Shown piece after piece: positions 15,338 to 20,000 of a stretch of DNA of 20,000 nucleotides. Under the pieces are notes generated by a model. It had not been told where the DNA came from. It saw only the letters and a list, made by a program, of their open reading frames with translations, and made no database searches. Both the position numbers and the translations under genes were made by a program. Location: the IMG/VR virus record IMGVR_UViG_3300009499_000296. One strand, written 5' to 3'. Each line of letters begins with the position of its first letter. Positions within the stretch are counted from its first letter, which is position 1. The DNA is from an uncultured virus (IMG/VR IMGVR_UViG_3300009499_000296). Taxonomy: Duplodnaviria; Heunggongvirae; Uroviricota; Caudoviricetes.

Positions 15338-15898
15338 CTAGTCGGAATCCGTTGGACCTTCTAATATACGATACTCGCCCTTGATGATTGTACCATCGTC
15401 CTCGCGCCGCAACTCAATCTTCTGGGTGAGTTCGGAGCCAACTCCAATACCCAATCCCTGCAAGAAAGCCAAGGCACCCTTGCTCATCGAGGCCTCTCGG
15501 GAGTGAAGGCCGGCCATCTTCTTCACGTCCCTCACGGCCTCTAGCCACAGCCTCTTATAGGTCTTGGGACCCCCCCGGACGATGGACTCGTATCCCTGAA
15601 CGACTGAGTCTTTGAACAAGGTTCCTGCCCAGTACTGGACTCTCTCGGTGAGGCCCTCATTGCGTACCAGGCTCTCGTACTTCTGCTGGTACAGCTCCTT
15701 CTTACGCCAGCTTTTTAGGGTGCCGTGGTAAGGAGGATGGTCCCACCAAGGGAGCTTGTCGCAGATGATCTGAGCAGCCTCTTCGTCCGTTGTCGGATGC
15801 ATCAAATCGAGGTCGAGGGCCAGGAGAAGGTCAATCTCCCTCTCTCGGCGCCCTTGTTTTCTCTCTTTGTATGTGAGTTTGTACTTTCCTCGGGGCAT
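15338..15898 (-). CDS. Putative HTH DNA-binding protein, possibly terminase small subunit-like
   Basis: TDEEAAQII...GTLKSWRKKELYQQKYE resembles HTH regions of phage TerS-like proteins. The ORF-track start at 15937 is the -35 box, so ATG at 15898 is preferred. Confidence 0.5.
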   Translation of the reverse strand: MPRGKYKLTYKERKQGRREREIDLLLALDLDLMHPTTDEEAAQIICDKLPWWDHPPYHGTLKSWRKKELYQQKYESLVRNEGLTERVQYWAGTLFKDSVVQGYESIVRGGPKTYKRLWLEAVRDVKKMAGLHSREASMSKGALAFLQGLGIGVGSELTQKIELRREDDGTIIKGEYRILEGPTDSD

Positions 15899-15908
15899 AG
15901 TACCCCCT

Positions 15909-15937
15909 ATTATAGCAGAAAGGACCGTACATGTCAA
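15909..15937 (-). promoter_or_regulatory. Perfect-consensus sigma70-type promoter
   Basis: TTGACA-17 nt-TATAAT with TGc extension, 10 nt upstream of ATG 15898. Confidence 0.88.
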
Positions 15938-16227
15938 GTATTACAGTCGGACCGTGGACGACAGATGGTCAGGTAGTCTTTCCAGAGGGTGATTCCGCTA
16001 ATATCGTGGCGGCTGTCAGGACACCCAAAGGGGGAATGCGGGAGCTGTTTGCCAACGCTTATCTCATGGCTGCGGCACCGGAGCTGCTGGAGGCTTGCGA
16101 GCGAATGTTCAATAGCCTTGCCGCTTACCTTGATTATGCCCGAGATTCGCTAAAGGAGCAATGCTACGCACCGCGGGAAAGCCTAGAACTTGGCCGGGCC
16201 GCTCTTGCCAAGACGAAGGGAGAATAG
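15931..16227 (+). CDS. Hypothetical phage protein
   Basis: GPW...ANAYLMAAAPELLEACE...RAALAK, a pattern common in small phage proteins. Confidence 0.8.
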   Translation: MSSITVGPWTTDGQVVFPEGDSANIVAAVRTPKGGMRELFANAYLMAAAPELLEACERMFNSLAAYLDYARDSLKEQCYAPRESLELGRAALAKTKGE

Positions 16228-16228
16228 A

Positions 16229-16483
16229 GTGCATACACCCATCTTAGAGAAGGACGGTCAACGGTTCATCGTCAACGTCAAGAACTTCGTGGGCGAGGAC
16301 GAGCTGGAGGCAATGGAAATCGGCATTGGCGCCGGTTTTGTAGAGTGCATCATCTGGGGAGCGAAGTTCACAGGTGATGTACTAGACATTGAGCTAGCCG
16401 AGGAAGATGATTTGAGAGTTACGGCGGCTACATTGGGAGACTGCCCAGTGTTCCTTCTAGACCCTGTCATAAGGCAATCCTGA
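16229..16483 (+). CDS. Hypothetical acidic protein
   Basis: AAGGGAG SD, GTG start 1 nt after the previous stop. Confidence 0.65.
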   Translation: MHTPILEKDGQRFIVNVKNFVGEDELEAMEIGIGAGFVECIIWGAKFTGDVLDIELAEEDDLRVTAATLGDCPVFLLDPVIRQS

Positions 16484-16496
16484 AAGGAGCCTTGCC

Positions 16497-16727
16497 ATGA
16501 GCTATCTACTGAAGGCTGAAGGACTACAGCAACGAATACAGAAGCTCAAAGAAGAGCTGAAGGAGAAGGAACAGCGCATCTCTGTCTATGTGAAGAGAGA
16601 TGAGTGGCACTATCACATGGCTGCCAGACGACTGGAGAAGAGCGTAAAGATACTAGACAAACAGATCCTGGATTTTTCGGTGCGGCTTCGAGACATTGAA
16701 GCTGTTATTGAATGGGAGGGAAGATGA
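16497..16727 (+). CDS. Hypothetical coiled-coil protein
   Basis: GAAAGGAG SD; heptad-like sequence. Confidence 0.7.
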   Translation: MSYLLKAEGLQQRIQKLKEELKEKEQRISVYVKRDEWHYHMAARRLEKSVKILDKQILDFSVRLRDIEAVIEWEGR

Positions 16728-16879
16728 CCTGGACGGACTTTGAGAGTAAGTTAACACAGGAGCTGGGCGACTTTGCAGAGGAGCGCGGACTGGACGACGC
16801 CGATCTGTTTTACTTGGTAAGCCAAGTAGCCGTCTTTGTGTGGCTGCACTTTGGGCTAGAACCAGATGCCCAAACATGA
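16724..16879 (+). CDS. Hypothetical protein, 51 aa
   Basis: MTWTDFESKLTQELGDFAEERGLDDADLFYLVSQVAVFVWLHFGLEPDAQT*; ATGA overlap, GGGAGG SD. Confidence 0.65.
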   Translation: MTWTDFESKLTQELGDFAEERGLDDADLFYLVSQVAVFVWLHFGLEPDAQT

Positions 16880-16890
16880 AGGGAGGGAAA

Positions 16891-17046
16891 ATGATATCAA
16901 TACAGGAGACAGTCCTTCTGTGTGTACTAGCATTTCTCATCGGCCGTGCTGTCCAGAACTGGTCCAACCGCACTGGTGAACTAGTGAACATAGCCTACCG
17001 TGCCGGCTACGAAGACGGACGGTCTGGACGGGAGCCCTTAGCATGA
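16891..17046 (+). CDS. Small membrane-anchored protein, 51 aa (paralog of 13230-13388)
   Basis: MISIQETVLLCVLAFLIGRAVQNWSNRTGELVNIAYRAGYEDGRSGREPLA*. Confidence 0.8.
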   Translation: MISIQETVLLCVLAFLIGRAVQNWSNRTGELVNIAYRAGYEDGRSGREPLA

Positions 17047-17072
17047 TAACCCCAATACAAGGAGACCAGACT

Positions 17073-17336
17073 ATGATAAAACTGTACAAGGTGGAAGGCA
17101 CGCCCTACGAGTTGGAGCTGGAGAGGACAGGCCGCGTCACAATCTGGGACACCCGCCTGGAGCCGGCTATGCACGAGTGGGACCAGCGCTCGGAGGAGCC
17201 AGCCCCAGATGAGGTCCCGCCGCCCAGCCCCATCATGGCCGTGGCCCTCAACGGCGATGAGGCTCGAGACTGGGTTTTCAATGCTATGGGGTGGCCTTTA
17301 GACCACCCTATTCCTGAACTTACCAGGCTCCAGTAG
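17073..17336 (+). CDS. Hypothetical protein
   Basis: AAGGAG SD before 17073; an in-frame ATGA-coupled start also exists at 17043. Confidence 0.7.
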   Translation: MIKLYKVEGTPYELELERTGRVTIWDTRLEPAMHEWDQRSEEPAPDEVPPPSPIMAVALNGDEARDWVFNAMGWPLDHPIPELTRLQ

Positions 17337-17339
17337 TTA

Positions 17340-17579
17340 ATGAAAGGACACAACATGAATCTCATAGCAGGGGCTCTCGGCAAGCCTGCACGCATAGAGC
17401 AGCTCTCAACCCATGTGATAAAAGACCTTGCTGCTGGTTGTGGTAGTTGCTTATCACTGATGGTTTTCGAAGAGTGCCAGCTTGCTAAGAGTGGGGCTTA
17501 CATAAACGTCCTATTCTGGTGCCCCAATTGTGGACAGCGCACCAAGGTGCAGTACAAGGCGTACAACAGGGAGATATGA
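17340..17579 (+). CDS. Zn-ribbon protein
   Basis: CGSC...CPNCG. Confidence 0.7.
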   Translation: MKGHNMNLIAGALGKPARIEQLSTHVIKDLAAGCGSCLSLMVFEECQLAKSGAYINVLFWCPNCGQRTKVQYKAYNREI

Positions 17580-17598
17580 GAGCTGAAGGGAGAGGACA

Positions 17599-17712
17599 GT
17601 GAAGATAGTACTTGCTCGCAGAAGGTTGTACTTCCATAGGTTCTGGACCTCTAAGGGCAAAAGAAATCTACTGTTCTACTTAGGGCCAGTGTTCTTTGGG
17701 CTCTACTGGTAG
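17599..17712 (+). CDS. 37-aa basic/hydrophobic peptide (paralog of 13385-13498)
   Basis: MKIVLARRRLYFHRFWTSKGKRNLLFYLGPVFFGLYW*. Confidence 0.7.
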   Translation: MKIVLARRRLYFHRFWTSKGKRNLLFYLGPVFFGLYW

Positions 17713-17722
17713 ACAGGAAAAC

Positions 17723-17753
17723 ACCCAGGGTCCCCTTAGTGGGGACCCTGGGT
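17723..17753. other. Perfect 13-bp intergenic hairpin
   Basis: ACCCAGGGTCCCC-TTAGT-GGGGACCCTGGGT; no T-tract. Confidence 0.8.
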
Positions 17754-17765
17754 TGCAAAGGAGAA

Positions 17766-18050
17766 ATGATGAGCTATCTTGTAGGAGTTGAATGGCCCTG
17801 GACAGGGATCGCCAATACAGCAAGTCTCATGGTGGTAGTCACGGATGACTACGAGGGCTTCGGGCCTGACCTCTTAGCAAGTTGGGACGGTCAGGACACA
17901 CCCATTGCCCGAATAGATGATGAGCCTCTTGAGGCAGCCCTGCGTTACATTGATGCCCTGAGTCTTGATCCGGAGTCCATCTCTATTAACCTCGACGAGT
18001 ATGAATACTATACTCGGACAGAGGGTGGATGGCAAGTTGTAGTCATCTGA
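17766..18050 (+). CDS. Hypothetical acidic protein
   Basis: AAAGGAG SD. Confidence 0.7.
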   Translation: MMSYLVGVEWPWTGIANTASLMVVVTDDYEGFGPDLLASWDGQDTPIARIDDEPLEAALRYIDALSLDPESISINLDEYEYYTRTEGGWQVVVI

Positions 18051-18066
18051 CTACAAGGGAGGAAGT

Positions 18067-18270
18067 ATGACAGACCTAAAGTGCCCCCACTGCGGAGCAG
18101 AACTAAGAGAGGTGTGGTTCAATATCCAGTCTGGCTGGGAAAACTGGGCTGTTGAGGAGGGCAGCCTGCTCTTTCTTGAGACCACAGTTGATGAGGCTGT
18201 AGGCCCCTTGTGTTCAGACTGCGACGAGGAAGTACAGGCATACCTGACCAAGATGGGTGTAAACTACTAA
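18067..18270 (+). CDS. Zn-ribbon protein
   Basis: CPHCG...CSDC; GGGAGG SD. Confidence 0.75.
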   Translation: MTDLKCPHCGAELREVWFNIQSGWENWAVEEGSLLFLETTVDEAVGPLCSDCDEEVQAYLTKMGVNY

Positions 18271-18282
18271 CCGTTACGATAA

Positions 18283-18312
18283 AGAGGGGGCTCCTCAATT
18301 GGAGCCCCCTCT
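18283..18312. other. Perfect 12-bp intergenic hairpin (GGGCTCC/GGAGCCC family)
   Basis: AGAGGGGGCTCC-TCAATT-GGAGCCCCCTCT. Confidence 0.8.
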
Positions 18313-18326
18313 AGGAAGGAGAAAGA

Positions 18327-18545
18327 ATGACTGTCTATGACTACATTAAGAGAGCTAAGAGTCTCGTAGGGACAGACAATGAACTGGCAGCCTTTATGCT
18401 GAGGGACTTGCCAGAGACTAGGGCAGCAGGGCTTCAGGAACTAGCTTGGGACCTGGCAATCCCCCGGACTGGATACACCAGTGACGGTGACATAGAGTAT
18501 CTAATCGGGCAGTTAGGGGAATCACTGTCAAAGGAGGCCAAGTGA
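18327..18545 (+). CDS. Hypothetical protein
   Basis: AAGGAG SD. Confidence 0.7.
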   Translation: MTVYDYIKRAKSLVGTDNELAAFMLRDLPETRAAGLQELAWDLAIPRTGYTSDGDIEYLIGQLGESLSKEAK

Positions 18546-18685
18546 CGATCTACGACATTCTGGAAGCAGGCTACAATTTAGAGCCACTTGTATGTCTATT
18601 CTGCGGCAGTGAGGAAGTGACCTATCATCAGTACATAGGTGATGCCTACTGTGCAAGCTGTGGCAGGTGGCAGATAGATGGTTAG
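18542..18685 (+). CDS. 47-aa Zn-ribbon protein
   Basis: AAGGAGG SD, GTGA overlap; CLFCG...YCASCGRWQ. Confidence 0.75.
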   Translation: MTIYDILEAGYNLEPLVCLFCGSEEVTYHQYIGDAYCASCGRWQIDG

Positions 18686-18773
18686 CACTATAGGCATTCT
18701 GCTATGCGTTGTCGTAATCGCCACGTCTCTCATTCAGTTGGCTAATCCGAATAGCCATGAGAGACCTAGATAG
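18678..18773 (+). CDS. 31-aa putative TM peptide
   Basis: MVSTIGILLCVVVIATSLIQLANPNSHERPR*; fills the gap exactly. Confidence 0.45.
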   Translation: MVSTIGILLCVVVIATSLIQLANPNSHERPR

Positions 18774-18782
18774 GAGGCAGCG

Positions 18783-19127
18783 GTGAAAGTAATCAAAAAG
18801 GGCGATGTAGCATTCTGCTGCGACGTGTGTGGAAGAGAAGCGGCGAGTCACCCGGACGAACGGGAGGCACTGTGTAATGCTAGGCGGGTGGCGCGCCGAG
18901 ATGGCTGGGGGTGGAAGCACCCTCGCTGGGGATTGCGGTGCCCAATATGCCTTTCTTCGGAGGAGAACAATATGTACTGGACAGAGTTTGACGAGCCTAG
19001 GGATCCGTGTCAGGGCTGTCCCTTTTGGGAAGCTGAAGAGTGTGATGGCGAAATCGAAAACTGCACCTGCCTTGGGCCCGATGCTGAGGAGGTGGCTGTA
19101 CCCATTGTTCAAGAGAAGGAGGAATAG
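18783..19127 (+). CDS. Cys-rich protein
   Basis: CDVCG...ARRDGW...CPIC; second cluster CQGCPFW...C...C; AGGAGG SD. Confidence 0.7.
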   Translation: MKVIKKGDVAFCCDVCGREAASHPDEREALCNARRVARRDGWGWKHPRWGLRCPICLSSEENNMYWTEFDEPRDPCQGCPFWEAEECDGEIENCTCLGPDAEEVAVPIVQEKEE

Positions 19128-19128
19128 A

Positions 19129-19338
19129 ATGATGGAAGGGAATTGCACACTTGATTGGTTTGCCGAGCAGGTAGCCCTGGTTCTTACAGGGGACGACCGG
19201 GACAATATCGAGGAGATGCATGTCAGGAGTATTGATGTGATTGAGGCTATAAATGAGGTCTTTGAGAAGAATGCTGAGAACGTAGATGGTTCGCCCGACA
19301 TTTGCGCCCAGCTTTTGGTGCAAGCCATGGATTGGTGA
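19129..19338 (+). CDS. Hypothetical acidic protein
   Basis: AAGGAGG SD before ATG 19129. Confidence 0.7.
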   Translation: MMEGNCTLDWFAEQVALVLTGDDRDNIEEMHVRSIDVIEAINEVFEKNAENVDGSPDICAQLLVQAMDW

Positions 19339-19452
19339 GGAGAGCCCTGCAAACTATCTGACAACATATGAAAGGATGCGCATAGAGACAATCTACAGGG
19401 CTCCTGCTGGAAGAGTAACGGGAGCCCTGTGTTTACCCAAAAGGGAGGGATA

Positions 19453-19698
19453 ATGACAAGCGAAATTGACGGACTAACTGGTGCTGAACATGCTGAGTTC
19501 TTCGGCCCAGAGTGGTACGATGAGGACGATGACGAAGAAAACTTGTCCTCTTTCGCATACCAGGGATTTGGACCAGTGTGCCTTCCCCTTGGATGCCCAC
19601 ACTGGGGAGGGGACAATCTGTGCGACTTGGCTATAAGTTGGATGATAATTGACAATACTGGCCCAGAGGGGCCTAAAGAGATCTGCCCCCTAGCCTAA
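19453..19698 (+). CDS. Hypothetical acidic, Cys-containing protein
   Basis: AGGGAGGG SD before ATG 19453. Confidence 0.65.
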   Translation: MTSEIDGLTGAEHAEFFGPEWYDEDDDEENLSSFAYQGFGPVCLPLGCPHWGGDNLCDLAISWMIIDNTGPEGPKEICPLA

Positions 19699-19734
19699 CC
19701 AACCACGCATCAAGCAAACTGAAAGGAAGGTAGA

Positions 19735-19881
19735 ATGCCCACAATTGTCACATTTGACCCCAAGACTAAGAGCTTGATTTCCTTCAACCCCAATTCAGAT
19801 GCCAAGACAGGGCGCTGGTGCTATGCACCAGGGGTCCCTGACTTGTGTTACACCTGCTTTGACAGGGGGCTTCGGCACTAG
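19735..19881 (+). CDS. Hypothetical protein, 48 aa
   Basis: GAAAGGAAGG SD; MPTIVTFDPKTKSLISFNPNSDAK... Confidence 0.5.
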   Translation: MPTIVTFDPKTKSLISFNPNSDAKTGRWCYAPGVPDLCYTCFDRGLRH

Positions 19882-20000
19882 GTAGCTCCACACTTAACCG
19901 TGGTCACGTACACCACTGAGCAATGAGTGCTTTCATGGCACTTGATGGCCTCCCGCGCCGTTTCGGCGGCCGCCAGGGCGGTGGAGGCACGCGAAAAGAC

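Noticed and set aside
15280..15976. Plus-strand micro-ORF chain running through the antisense HTH gene
   Set aside because: A few overlaps exist, but the chain is not continuous and could arise by chance within antisense coding sequence.
18702..19655. 317-aa minus-strand ORF
   Set aside because: It is antisense to several plus-strand genes with good SD sites, is Ser-rich, and shows no recognisable domain.

Overview
A bacteriophage (or prophage) segment with Shine-Dalgarno sites and near-consensus sigma70-type promoters. No host or core chromosomal genes were recognised. Left arm (1-9.2 kb, minus strand): small hypothetical genes, an HNH endonuclease, a 166-nt tmRNA-like gene, a terminase large subunit, then a glycosyltransferase/methyltransferase cluster that runs off the window edge. 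Right arm (9.3-20 kb, mostly plus strand): about 35 small early-type genes, many Cys-rich, plus a single-motif LAGLIDADG endonuclease, a MazG-like protein and one antisense HTH-type gene with its own promoter. Main observations: (1) the tmRNA has a complete alanine tRNA-like domain but no visible tag reading frame. (2) A 16-bp pseudo-palindrome, YATNYG-ACAA-CRNATR, occurs about 14 times and delimits five consecutive single-gene units behind a perfect promoter. (3) Many intergenic gaps are bridged by 6-25 aa micro-ORFs whose starts and stops overlap those of the flanking genes. (4) There are several structured RNA candidates: two tRNA-like elements and one RNA upstream of the LAGLIDADG gene. 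All calls were made by eye; no searches or folding programs were run.
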